A stretch of 32,000 nt of DNA from Prevotella phage Lak-A1. The stretch lies in sequence record MK250016.1; one strand, 5' to 3'. Below, piece by piece: positions 1-8,981 of the stretch (positions are counted from its first letter, which is position 1; each line of letters opens with the position of its first letter). Below the pieces are notes generated by a model that was given only the letters and a program-made list of their open reading frames with translations, did not search any database and had not been told where the DNA came from. The translations under genes were made by a program, and so were the position numbers.

Positions 1-2
1 AC

Positions 3-95
3 CGTTATACAAATTGTACTGTTAGAGATTTTTATAATGCAAATAAAGCAGCATACATTGCTGGATTTAAAGAAGGATTAAAATATAAAGAATGA
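3..95 (+). CDS. C-terminal part of a gene truncated by the window edge (..NCTVRDFYNANKAAYIAGFKEGLKYKE)
   Basis: Open frame from the window edge to TGA at 93-95; ATGA-type overlap with the next ORF at 92. Confidence 0.55.
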   Translation, partial: RYTNCTVRDFYNANKAAYIAGFKEGLKYKE

Positions 96-322
96 GAGAT
101 ATAAAGAAAGGTGAGCATATGCATTCATATGCAGTAGGGCCATGCCATGATGAAATAAGATGGATATTTCCAAAAGATTTTGACGGTCTTGATGATGAAG
201 CATATTATGAAATAGAATATGACTATCATTATGCATCAGATCCATTTGATTTTTCTTGCACATATAATGTAACATATATTAAGAAAGTTGATGCTTCTCT
301 ATATCATATATTTAATTTTTAA
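92..322 (+). CDS. hypothetical protein, 76 aa
   Basis: ORF track; start overlaps previous stop. Confidence 0.6.
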   Translation: MRDIKKGEHMHSYAVGPCHDEIRWIFPKDFDGLDDEAYYEIEYDYHYASDPFDFSCTYNVTYIKKVDASLYHIFNF

Positions 323-397
323 ATCATTATAATGATACACAAGCACATCAGATTCATTTATGGAATGGTTTAATAAACATTATACATTAAATTGTAA

Positions 398-736
398 ATG
401 AAATTAGATAATTATGAATTGGTAATATCTTTTGCTATGCCTTGTTATTTATATATTGAAGGTGAGTCAAAAGAAAAATTTTATGTAGATGAACAAACAT
501 GTGATTATTATCTATTTAAAGACATTGATAATGTTCCAAAATATTGGAAACTTATGTTATATAAACCTGATAATATAGAGCATGTGAATAAAGGTAATAT
601 TCATTTATGTAAATGGTTAGTTAATGAAAGTTATCATGATTTTGTATCAAATGATGATAATGATGACAGTAATGATGATACAGATTATGAATATTATGAA
701 TGGGATTTTAAAAATCATTGTATAAAAAAAGATTAA
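398..736 (+). CDS. hypothetical acidic protein, 112 aa
   Basis: ORF track; co-directional tight gene packing. Confidence 0.7.
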   Translation: MKLDNYELVISFAMPCYLYIEGESKEKFYVDEQTCDYYLFKDIDNVPKYWKLMLYKPDNIEHVNKGNIHLCKWLVNESYHDFVSNDDNDDSNDDTDYEYYEWDFKNHCIKKD

Positions 737-737
737 T

Positions 738-968
738 ATGAAATACCGAATATTAAAAGAAGAGAAAGGATTCCGTGCACAAGTTCAACTTGAAAGTAAA
801 CGGTTCGGAAAGTATTTTGAATATATTGAAGAAGACGGAAATCTTAATTCATGCCCAATAACTCATTATTATGAAACTGAACAAGAAGCTATTGAAGCAT
901 GTAAGAAACATCATGTAAAAATGGGTTATGATAAACTTCCAAAAGTTGTTGACGAATTTGAATTGTAA
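738..968 (+). CDS. hypothetical protein, 76 aa
   Basis: ORF track; 1-nt spacing from previous gene. Confidence 0.7.
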   Translation: MKYRILKEEKGFRAQVQLESKRFGKYFEYIEEDGNLNSCPITHYYETEQEAIEACKKHHVKMGYDKLPKVVDEFEL

Positions 969-973
969 TTATT

Positions 974-1375
974 ATGTGGTTAGCAAGAAATCAAGGACAT
1001 GATACATTATCTGGTAAATACATACCAGGTGATTTATATCTTTATATGAAAAAACCTAAACGTGCAAATTCATTTAAAGGAACATTATTAGAAAATATAC
1101 ATACAGAAAATGATATATGGACTGCAAGATGTCCAAAAATGAAATATGATAAAGAAGCATTTTCTGATTTGAAATATGAAGATGAACCTATTGAGGTTGA
1201 TTTAGATATTAAATATAATAGATGGCATTTAGATATTTACAAATATCTATTGAGAATTAAAGAAATTACAGATACTTATAAAAATCCGTTAATAAATGAT
1301 TCTGGAGGTGCATCTATTTGTAATGACATTGATAAAAAAGTAGATGAACTAATTAAAATGGTTTTATTTAAATAA
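974..1375 (+). CDS. hypothetical protein, 133 aa
   Basis: ORF track; tight spacing. Confidence 0.7.
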   Translation: MWLARNQGHDTLSGKYIPGDLYLYMKKPKRANSFKGTLLENIHTENDIWTARCPKMKYDKEAFSDLKYEDEPIEVDLDIKYNRWHLDIYKYLLRIKEITDTYKNPLINDSGGASICNDIDKKVDELIKMVLFK

Positions 1376-1402
1376 TTACTTTTTAATTCCAAATAAAATA
1401 TG

Positions 1403-1410
1403 TATCTTTG
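1403..1410 (+). promoter_or_regulatory. candidate Bacteroidota-type -7 promoter element (TATCTTTG, consensus TAnnTTTG)
   Basis: atATGTATCTTTG about 30 nt upstream of the ORF at 1440; same core recurs at 5146-5153 and 30859-30866; the -33 element is weak. Confidence 0.5.
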
Positions 1411-1439
1411 CATATATAAAATAATTAAAATTATATATT

Positions 1440-1901
1440 ATGAATAAAGTAGAGATACAACAATATTTAAATAAAGTTAATTCTTATATTGATTATAAAG
1501 TTGGTGATTGGGTAGAAACATGTAATATGTTACCTGGTATTGTTCAAGAAATTAATAATTATTATGATAGTAGAAAATTAATGCAATGTTTTGTCGATGA
1601 TGTTGTAATTTTCTATCCTCATGAAACTATTAATAATGACAATTATCACGGAGGTACATGTTGTTCAATACAGAATTGCGGTGTTCATAAAATTTCTCAA
1701 GAATATGCAAAAATTTTATTTGCAATTGGAAGAGAAACATTAGTAAAATTGTGGAGTACTACTTATTTAAAAAGTGATAATACAAAGCAATGGTCTGATA
1801 TTGTTATTGAACATTATAACAATAATATTGAAAAATATAAAAATAACGGAGTTGAATTATTTAATATAGGTGAAGAATATTCACGTAAAATTAAAAAATA
1901 A
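1440..1901 (+). CDS. hypothetical protein, 153 aa
   Basis: ORF track; preceded by promoter-like motif. Confidence 0.75.
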   Translation: MNKVEIQQYLNKVNSYIDYKVGDWVETCNMLPGIVQEINNYYDSRKLMQCFVDDVVIFYPHETINNDNYHGGTCCSIQNCGVHKISQEYAKILFAIGRETLVKLWSTTYLKSDNTKQWSDIVIEHYNNNIEKYKNNGVELFNIGEEYSRKIKK

Positions 1902-1904
1902 ATT

Positions 1905-2324
1905 ATGGATATTAAATCAAATAAAGCAGGATTATATTTTGAAAATGCATATGGTATATGTGAAACAAGAACATCTTATCCAGAGAATTATGATCCAGAA
2001 AAAGATACGACTTTTATGAGATACTTATCATATGATACATCATGGAAAGAAAATCAACCAGAACGTGTATTTTGGAATCGTAATTTCATGAAAGATACAC
2101 ATATTTTCAAAACATTTACATTCTATTATGCAGAATTTAATCATCCTACATTAGGTCCTGCTATATATGGAGCAAGTACAAATCGAGGATTTATGTGGAA
2201 GTTTGATTCAGAGAAGGATGTAAAATGCTCAATGTGTAGATCTCTTGGATCTATTTATAAAACAATGTTGAAAGATGGTTATATTAAAATCAAAATTGGT
2301 CACGAATCTTATACAGGAGAATAA
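1905..2324 (+). CDS. hypothetical protein, 139 aa
   Basis: ORF track. Confidence 0.75.
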   Translation: MDIKSNKAGLYFENAYGICETRTSYPENYDPEKDTTFMRYLSYDTSWKENQPERVFWNRNFMKDTHIFKTFTFYYAEFNHPTLGPAIYGASTNRGFMWKFDSEKDVKCSMCRSLGSIYKTMLKDGYIKIKIGHESYTGE

Positions 2325-2327
2325 ATT

Positions 2328-2723
2328 ATGAATTATAAAATTAAACATAAATATACAGGATTATATTATCAACCGACAACAGCATCAGGTTCAAACATGG
2401 GTAAAAAAGGAAAGGTTTATACATCTGAGAATAACTCATGTTTAACGGGTTCTTATGATACTATATGTGTTACAATTAAGAAAAAATCACCTATATATAA
2501 GAATTATTATGAGATGTTATCAAAACATTATCATGATACATCTAGCCGCACAGAACGTTATGCATGTTTTTCTATTCCAAAAGATGATTTTGAAAAAGAA
2601 TATGTAGAGGTTGATATTGATTTATTAACAAATATCATTAACAGTAAAAAAGAACAATATTGCGATAATGATATTGTAAAGATATGTTTAGATGAAATTT
2701 TAAAATTAGTTAAAAATAACTGA
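2328..2723 (+). CDS. hypothetical protein, 131 aa
   Basis: ORF track. Confidence 0.75.
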   Translation: MNYKIKHKYTGLYYQPTTASGSNMGKKGKVYTSENNSCLTGSYDTICVTIKKKSPIYKNYYEMLSKHYHDTSSRTERYACFSIPKDDFEKEYVEVDIDLLTNIINSKKEQYCDNDIVKICLDEILKLVKNN

Positions 2724-2733
2724 TTAATTTATT

Positions 2734-2904
2734 ATGGATAATACACAAAAACATTTTACTGATGAAGAAGAACAATTATATTCTGAAGTAGAAACATCTA
2801 TGATGAATTACCTTTCTGAAAAAGAATTAAAACAAATAGATGATTATGAATATAAGTTGTTATCAATGATGGCAGATGAAAGTTTAGAAGATAATTATTA
2901 TTGA
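2734..2904 (+). CDS. hypothetical small acidic protein, 56 aa (MDNTQKHFTDEEEQLYSEVETSMMNYL...)
   Basis: Short ORF below the track cutoff; fills the gap before a hairpin. Confidence 0.6.
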   Translation: MDNTQKHFTDEEEQLYSEVETSMMNYLSEKELKQIDDYEYKLLSMMADESLEDNYY

Positions 2905-2908
2905 AAAT

Positions 2909-2942
2909 AATGGTGAATAACTAATTAAAGTTATTCACCATT
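2909..2942. terminator. bidirectional hairpin terminator between convergent genes
   Basis: Stem aatggtgaataac / gttattcaccatt (13 bp), 8-nt loop, T-rich flank. Confidence 0.8.
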
Positions 2943-2947
2943 TCTTT

Positions 2948-5056
2948 TTATTCATATGTTTTAATTTTAATACCTAATTTATTTGCTTTCTTCATTTTAC
3001 TTGATGTTGAATTTAAATCATCAGTAAATAATATTTTACATTCGGACCATACTGTAGTTTCTTCATATTCTGGATGTATATTTAAGAAATCTTTTTTTGT
3101 TGAAAAACCGAATGCTTTTGGAGATCCAGTCATAATAATCTTTATTTTTTCGTTATTATCCTTACTGTTTTCTTTTGTTGATATATCGATATTAAGTAAA
3201 TTAACAACATTCATAACCAGATTATATTCTTCACTGTTTTTATCTAATGCCCAATTATAAGATACTGAACTGAAACTTGATGTCGAATATTCCTCATTTC
3301 TTATAATCTTCGCACATAATGCAGATGCTCTATGTCCACATGTCTTAAAACAAAAACTTAATATAATATCTTCCAATGTAAGATGATTCCTATATTCTCT
3401 TAAATTATTAACAATATTTGTATATGTTTTTGTTTCACCAAATGTTTTTGTAATAAGATCTAAATTATTATCAGACATTAAATAAACAATATTAGTTAAA
3501 TCTTTAATGTCATTATGTAAACCATCCCATAATGTATTTGCAGCAGCTGGACCTATAGTATTAATATTTAATGCAGTAGCAGAAGCTAAGAACTTATTTT
3601 TATTAAATTCATTATGTGATTTAAAAATCTTCATAAGATGCATATTACCAGAAGTTTCCGTTATTACTTCAGAATCATTTGGTAAATTAATATTATCAAT
3701 ACCTGATGGCTTAACAATTTCATATACAAAAGGAATTATATCACCTGCTAATGAAATTCTTACTTCTGAACCAATACCACATTTATTATTAATGATATAA
3801 TTATAATTATGTAAAGAAGCTTTCTTTAATTCTTTTCCATCAAGATAAATCGGTTCAATTATAGCTTTAGGAAAATATTCTCCTGTTTTCTTTACATTCC
3901 ATTCAATATCAATAATATGTGTTGAATTTATCATAGGAATAAATTTCATGGCAACACAATCTACAGGTCGTACTCTATCTTCATTATATAATCTATTTGA
4001 ACAAGACGGTTTAAATACAATACCATCCAATGCATATACAGATTCATTATTTCTGAATTTATTATATTCATCATATATATCTGATAACATTTTACCGGTT
4101 ATTTTGTTTGAATATGAATGTAACTGACAATATTTTGTTTCTGGTAATTCTCCAATATAACCGATATAATTACTTAATATTTTATATGTAGGATCATTTT
4201 TATTAATCCATGATAATTCTGTATACTTTTTAGATACAGTATTATATATTCTATAATCATAACATACAAAATGTAAATCATTATGTAGAATAAGATTTGG
4301 ATGTATATCTGAAAGTTTTCTACCTAATAACCCTGCAACATAAGAACGAGGATTAGTAAATTCATCTGCATATTTTTCATTGAAATCTTTAACAGGTACA
4401 AGAACTTCTCCTCTGATACATAAAATATCATTTGGTGTAAGAATATCTTGACAGCATTCCTTAATCTTTGTCCATTCTTTTAAAATCTTTGGTTTAATCC
4501 AATGACTAATATCAGTACCATAATTACCGTCACCACGTGTTGCACATGATATGAATTTGTAATTATGATTTTCATCTACTGTAAATTCAGCACTAAATGA
4601 ACAACCATCTAATTTTGGTGTTGTTTCAAAATATTTAGTGTTTGATGATTTATCTATATATTTAGATATTTCATCAGCAAAATAATTCATATCAACATTA
4701 CCTGTTTCTTTATCTTGTTTAATCTGAACTTTTGATAAAGAACCCATAATGAAACTATGTTTGATAGTATAATTTGCATGTTTAGCTGTACTTTTACTAC
4801 CTACATAATTATTATTTTCTAATCCTATATATGTTTCAAGAGCATCAAATTTATAATCATCAATAATTTCTTTTTGAGTATTATAATATGCGTCTTTACA
4901 TATATTCAATAAATCAGTAATCTCATCATTACTTAATATAGATTTAATTTCATCTACATTATATTTTGATAGTTCATTACGTAATGATATTATTTTATCA
5001 TCTGTATAATTATTTTGTTTAATATCAAAGATTAAACTCTTAATAGTACTTATCAT
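2948..5056 (-). CDS. ligA: NAD-dependent DNA ligase (LigA-type), 702 aa, with C-terminal BRCT-like region
   Basis: Adenylation motif KLDG (TPKLDGCSFSAEF), RGEVLVPVKDF, NPRSYVAG, DGIVFKPS, VAMKF, KKTGEYFPKAIIEPIYLDG, KASLHN, HhH-like LNINTIGPAAANTLW, C-terminal KIIMTGSP.F BRCT-like. Confidence 0.93.
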   Translation of the reverse strand: MISTIKSLIFDIKQNNYTDDKIISLRNELSKYNVDEIKSILSNDEITDLLNICKDAYYNTQKEIIDDYKFDALETYIGLENNNYVGSKSTAKHANYTIKHSFIMGSLSKVQIKQDKETGNVDMNYFADEISKYIDKSSNTKYFETTPKLDGCSFSAEFTVDENHNYKFISCATRGDGNYGTDISHWIKPKILKEWTKIKECCQDILTPNDILCIRGEVLVPVKDFNEKYADEFTNPRSYVAGLLGRKLSDIHPNLILHNDLHFVCYDYRIYNTVSKKYTELSWINKNDPTYKILSNYIGYIGELPETKYCQLHSYSNKITGKMLSDIYDEYNKFRNNESVYALDGIVFKPSCSNRLYNEDRVRPVDCVAMKFIPMINSTHIIDIEWNVKKTGEYFPKAIIEPIYLDGKELKKASLHNYNYIINNKCGIGSEVRISLAGDIIPFVYEIVKPSGIDNINLPNDSEVITETSGNMHLMKIFKSHNEFNKNKFLASATALNINTIGPAAANTLWDGLHNDIKDLTNIVYLMSDNNLDLITKTFGETKTYTNIVNNLREYRNHLTLEDIILSFCFKTCGHRASALCAKIIRNEEYSTSSFSSVSYNWALDKNSEEYNLVMNVVNLLNIDISTKENSKDNNEKIKIIMTGSPKAFGFSTKKDFLNIHPEYEETTVWSECKILFTDDLNSTSSKMKKANKLGIKIKTYE

Positions 5057-5145
5057 ATATTATAATTTTGTTTAATTACTCATATATTTTATTGTATTAT
5101 GAATAAAAAGTTTATGATATATTTTTTTATTAGGAAATAAATGTG

Positions 5146-5153
5146 TATCTTTG
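5146..5153 (+). promoter_or_regulatory. candidate Bacteroidota-type -7 element (TATCTTTG)
   Basis: atgtgTATCTTTGtaatg in the divergent intergenic region, about 48 nt upstream of ORF 5201. Confidence 0.5.
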
Positions 5154-5200
5154 TAATGTAAATAATAAACAAGAAGTTAAACATTTAAAAATATATAATT

Positions 5201-5602
5201 ATGTTATCATATACAGATTTATCATCAGAAGAGTTCCTTTCAAAGGGTATTAAGAAGTCTTATCAAGCTATGTTGATTCCAGAAATTCAGCAAATGATTA
5301 AGACTATTGATGAATTGCATGAAACAATTCAGAAGATGTCTCAGAAGGAAGAAGAGCTTCAGCATGAAATTGAGGTTCGAGATGCACAGCTTAATACACC
5401 AGAACATGAAGTTGCACTTGCAATTAAGAAGATGATGCAATCAACCGCAGAGTCTGTAGTTGATACAAAGACTCCATCTATTGTTCGTGAACAAGTTTCT
5501 AAGCATATGGAAGTATCTGTTGAAACAGAAGCAGAATATGACCCATATTCTGGATGTCGTGATCCATATTACACATCAACTGCAGAAGTTTCATGGAAGT
5601 AA
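5201..5602 (+). CDS. hypothetical coiled-coil protein, 133 aa
   Basis: ORF track; charged heptad-like stretch; flanked by promoter-like motif and terminator. Confidence 0.8.
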   Translation: MLSYTDLSSEEFLSKGIKKSYQAMLIPEIQQMIKTIDELHETIQKMSQKEEELQHEIEVRDAQLNTPEHEVALAIKKMMQSTAESVVDTKTPSIVREQVSKHMEVSVETEAEYDPYSGCRDPYYTSTAEVSWK

Positions 5603-5621
5603 TTTTAAACTAAATAACATT

Positions 5622-5662
5622 AAAGAGTTGAATATAAACAAACTTTATTCAACTCTTTTCTT
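5622..5662 (+). terminator. Rho-independent-like terminator
   Basis: aaagagttgaa ... ttcaactcttt followed by t-rich sequence. Confidence 0.75.
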
Positions 5663-5692
5663 ATAATAATATAAGAATATATAGGAAAAATT

Positions 5693-6322
5693 ATGAAAGT
5701 TTATATAGACGTATATTATTATACAGATAAAGATACAGATAAAGAATATGCCCGCACCGTTGCAGGTATATTTGAAACATATGATGATATAACATTTAAA
5801 GATATTGTTATTACACGTACAGATAATATAGCATTATACGAGCCAGGTAATTTTTATAAAAGAGAATTACCTTGTATTGTAGATGTATTAAAAGAATGTT
5901 GGAAACGAGGATATATTCTTGATACTATAATTATCGATGGTTATTGTCATATGTGTGAAGATGATGGTGTAACATATCATAAAGGTTTAGGTGTAAGACT
6001 TAAAGATTATTTACGTGATAATTCATTACCATGTGTTAATAGTCTTATCATAGGAATTGCAAAGCATCCATACAAATATCTTTATGATAATACATTTTTT
6101 GAATATGATGACAAGTTAATTAAATATAGTGAATTTAATAAAGAAAATAAGTTACCAAAGAAAGCAATGTATATTACTTTCTGTAATGTGATTGACGAGC
6201 TTCAAGAAAAAACTATTGTTGATAAAATATACAATATGAAGCGAGTTCAGAAAGACAGTAAATTTAGTTTATTATTTTCACTTATTGATCAAGAAACAAA
6301 ACGATTTAAATATGATAATTAA
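5693..6322 (+). CDS. hypothetical protein, 209 aa
   Basis: ORF track. Confidence 0.8.
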   Translation: MKVYIDVYYYTDKDTDKEYARTVAGIFETYDDITFKDIVITRTDNIALYEPGNFYKRELPCIVDVLKECWKRGYILDTIIIDGYCHMCEDDGVTYHKGLGVRLKDYLRDNSLPCVNSLIIGIAKHPYKYLYDNTFFEYDDKLIKYSEFNKENKLPKKAMYITFCNVIDELQEKTIVDKIYNMKRVQKDSKFSLLFSLIDQETKRFKYDN

Positions 6323-6776
6323 TCTTAATTCATTTATATATGCAGGGTTTTTTGTCTCAGATGAAGATAAAGAAAAACTTGAAATTACATTTTGTGAAAA
6401 TGTAGATAATGGTGCAAAATATCTTCAGGAATGGAAGAAATATATTGACCATTGTACAATGATATTTAATGATGGTAATTTTGATGATGCAAAATCAGAA
6501 AACATTATTAATTATTTAAAGGATACACCACCTGATACTCATATGTATTTAACAGTTGATGGTATAGGCAGATATGAAAATGTTTTTGCATTTCGTATTA
6601 AGAAAACTGAAGTTGTATCAATGTTAATTAAAAATAAGCAACCACACATTACATGTGTATTAGATCCAACTACAAATAAACCAGTTGATAGTAATAAAAT
6701 TTCAAAATGGGTTGATATTAAACCTATTAAGATCGATACAATATGTAAAGTAATTAATAAACATAAAAGAAAATGA
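6312..6776 (+). CDS. hypothetical protein; start likely at internal ATG 6312 (MIINLNSFIYAGFF...)
   Basis: ORF track 6285..6776; 6312 start gives a short overlap with the previous gene. Confidence 0.7.
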   Translation: MIINLNSFIYAGFFVSDEDKEKLEITFCENVDNGAKYLQEWKKYIDHCTMIFNDGNFDDAKSENIINYLKDTPPDTHMYLTVDGIGRYENVFAFRIKKTEVVSMLIKNKQPHITCVLDPTTNKPVDSNKISKWVDIKPIKIDTICKVINKHKRK

Positions 6777-7555
6777 ATGATTTAATTTCAACTTATTTAA
6801 ATAATGGTGGATTTTTATCATATTTTGAATTTGATGAAGATGATAATACAAGATTAAATAAAGATCTTGCTGCATCACTTAATTCGTATTTAACAAATAT
6901 GTTCTCGGGACCATCAGATAATGATATGATAACATATATCAGAAATTCACATTTTAGTTTCGTTCCTGTTGATAATGATATTGAAAAAGAAATGTCATCA
7001 TTATCTGAACATTTTGCAAAGCCAAAATTTGTGCATATAGCAATTGATGGAAAGAAATTAAATGACAATATTTATTATTGTAAAGGTGCAGCAGGATTAT
7101 CTGAATTGTATTATAGTATTAAGGAGTATAATAAAGAAATCCTTTTTGATTTTTTTACACGTTTTGAAATATCACATTATACAAAAGAAGAAGCAGATAA
7201 GTATAATGAAGATTATGTAAAATATAATTATAAAGGAGATAAACGAAAAGTTGGTCAAAAATACTTAAAGGAAACAGATGTTATTATTAATCTACGAACA
7301 GGAGAAGAAGTTAATATTGAAATACCAAAATGGAGTCGTGGATACATTGTATATGGAAAGTATTATAAACCAATAGATAAGTATGAATTATATTCATTAG
7401 AAACATGCGAAAAAATATTTGAATATGGATATGCATCACCTATTGAAACAAAAGAGCATGTAATATTTCCATCGAAAGATAATTCTGCATATTCATCAAA
7501 AGGTAAAGCAATTTTGTTGAATAAAGAAACTGGTAATATTTCTTATATTGATTAA
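6773..7555 (+). CDS. hypothetical protein, 260 aa
   Basis: ORF track; ATGA overlap with previous gene. Confidence 0.8.
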   Translation: MNDLISTYLNNGGFLSYFEFDEDDNTRLNKDLAASLNSYLTNMFSGPSDNDMITYIRNSHFSFVPVDNDIEKEMSSLSEHFAKPKFVHIAIDGKKLNDNIYYCKGAAGLSELYYSIKEYNKEILFDFFTRFEISHYTKEEADKYNEDYVKYNYKGDKRKVGQKYLKETDVIINLRTGEEVNIEIPKWSRGYIVYGKYYKPIDKYELYSLETCEKIFEYGYASPIETKEHVIFPSKDNSAYSSKGKAILLNKETGNISYID

Positions 7556-7567
7556 TTTTATTTTATT

Positions 7568-8053
7568 ATGTTAGTATATCATGGTAGTTCAAAGAAAATC
7601 AATTGTATTGATATTGATGAATGTCATTTAGGATGGCATTGTGGAAATCTATGTCAAGCAATTGATATAGCAGATCCAAAGAGAAAAAGTAATAAATTTC
7701 TTTGGGACGATTCATATTTATATGTAAGTGATATAAATCCAAATGGACAAAATACTTTATATTTAAAAGATATATTTAGATATTATGATAATTTTTTACA
7801 TGATATAATTATTGAAATTAAATCTAAATTAAAAGAACAATTTCCTGATATATTATATGATAATATAGATAATTGTGAGAATAATGAGGAATTACGAGAA
7901 TTTCTTTTAAAAAACAATATTAAATACATTGAATATGATAATGTTGTTGAAACAGAAGGAACATCTTTTGTTATATTAGATGAATCTGAATTAAATAATA
8001 TTGAAGAATATACATTTTATGAGTTTTTAACTATGCATTATGATAAAATTTAG
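7568..8053 (+). CDS. ADP-ribosyltransferase-like protein (ART-PolyVal-like), 161 aa; if TAG is sense, extends by 2 codons to TAA at 8057-8059
   Basis: N-terminal VYHGSSKKI, GWHCG..CQAIDIA, YLYVSDINPNG, IKYIEYDNVVETEGTSFVILDESEL resemble the YHGT/GIHFGT.E.A/NPL/GIVY.NE.E...SYI.F layout of ART-fold proteins. Confidence 0.4.
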   Translation: MLVYHGSSKKINCIDIDECHLGWHCGNLCQAIDIADPKRKSNKFLWDDSYLYVSDINPNGQNTLYLKDIFRYYDNFLHDIIIEIKSKLKEQFPDILYDNIDNCENNEELREFLLKNNIKYIEYDNVVETEGTSFVILDESELNNIEEYTFYEFLTMHYDKI

Positions 8054-8291
8054 AAATAATAATAAACATTTCTTTATGACTAGCTATAAATCTGTTATAT
8101 GTATTGAAGATATTACACATGTTGTAAGAGTAACTAATGAATGGGATGGTCATACATATTGGGCAGGTTATTATGCATATATCAGAAATTCCAAAGGTGA
8201 TAACTATTTTAGAGATCCTACAAGACTTAGACTAGAAGAAGATGATTATAAAAAATTAAGAAAATATTTACCAATAATTAATAATATATGA
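8040..8291 (+). CDS. hypothetical protein, 83 aa (start uncertain; MTSYKSVICI... is an internal alternative)
   Basis: ORF track. Confidence 0.65.
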   Translation: MIKFRNNNKHFFMTSYKSVICIEDITHVVRVTNEWDGHTYWAGYYAYIRNSKGDNYFRDPTRLRLEEDDYKKLRKYLPIINNI

Positions 8292-8962
8292 TTAAATTTT
8301 ATGTAGATAAGAAAGGCATTTCCATTGATGCAAATAGCATTAAGGAATTCCAAGAAAATGTAATGACTACAAAGGAAATTGTAGATCGTATTAAGCAGTT
8401 TTATCAGAAATCTGAACATATTTTCTCTAATGAAACTGCAAAAATGTTGACATCATTTTTCAATGATCCATCAAGACGTTTTTTGAGTACAACTGAAGCA
8501 ACATTTGATACATTGAATTATGGTTATGGTGTTGCAGATAATGAGCTTCATAAGATTATTATGTGGCAAGATGAATCTGGTTTGCATAATTTTGCAATGT
8601 ATGTTAAGAATACAGGTTCATTAGGTGGAAAGATTGTTAAAATCTGGGTTGAACCTGATGATATTTTCTGTAAGAATCAGATAGAAGCTGCACTTTATCT
8701 TGCAGAACTTAAGAAGAAAGAATCAAAGAATGATAGTAAGACAGATAATACAGAAGATTGTTATTTTTATAAAGCAAAACTTACTGAATTCGATGATAAA
8801 CTTGAAGGTATTGAAAAGCAGATGAAATGTTGTAAAGATGAGATGACAGAAATCTCTAAGCGATATATAGAATTATGTCGTATTCTTTATAACTTGAAAA
8901 AAGATAAAATAAAAGTGAATAAAGATAAGACTTTATTCATTTATAAGAATAAGAATATCTAA
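8288..8962 (+). CDS. hypothetical protein with C-terminal coiled coil, 224 aa
   Basis: ORF track; ATGA overlap. Confidence 0.8.
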   Translation: MIKFYVDKKGISIDANSIKEFQENVMTTKEIVDRIKQFYQKSEHIFSNETAKMLTSFFNDPSRRFLSTTEATFDTLNYGYGVADNELHKIIMWQDESGLHNFAMYVKNTGSLGGKIVKIWVEPDDIFCKNQIEAALYLAELKKKESKNDSKTDNTEDCYFYKAKLTEFDDKLEGIEKQMKCCKDEMTEISKRYIELCRILYNLKKDKIKVNKDKTLFIYKNKNI

Positions 8963-8981
8963 AATAAAAAATAACAGGGAT

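Noticed and set aside
78-275. - strand ORF (65 aa)
   Set aside because: Antisense to ORF 92..322; low-complexity His/Leu composition
3507-3800. + strand ORF (97 aa)
   Set aside because: Antisense to the well-supported DNA ligase gene
5240-5440. - strand ORF (66 aa)
   Set aside because: Antisense shadow of ORF 5201..5602
5460-5666. + strand ORF (68 aa)
   Set aside because: Overlaps ORF 5201..5602 in another frame and runs through the terminator
6793-7068. - strand ORF (91 aa)
   Set aside because: Antisense shadow of ORF 6773..7555
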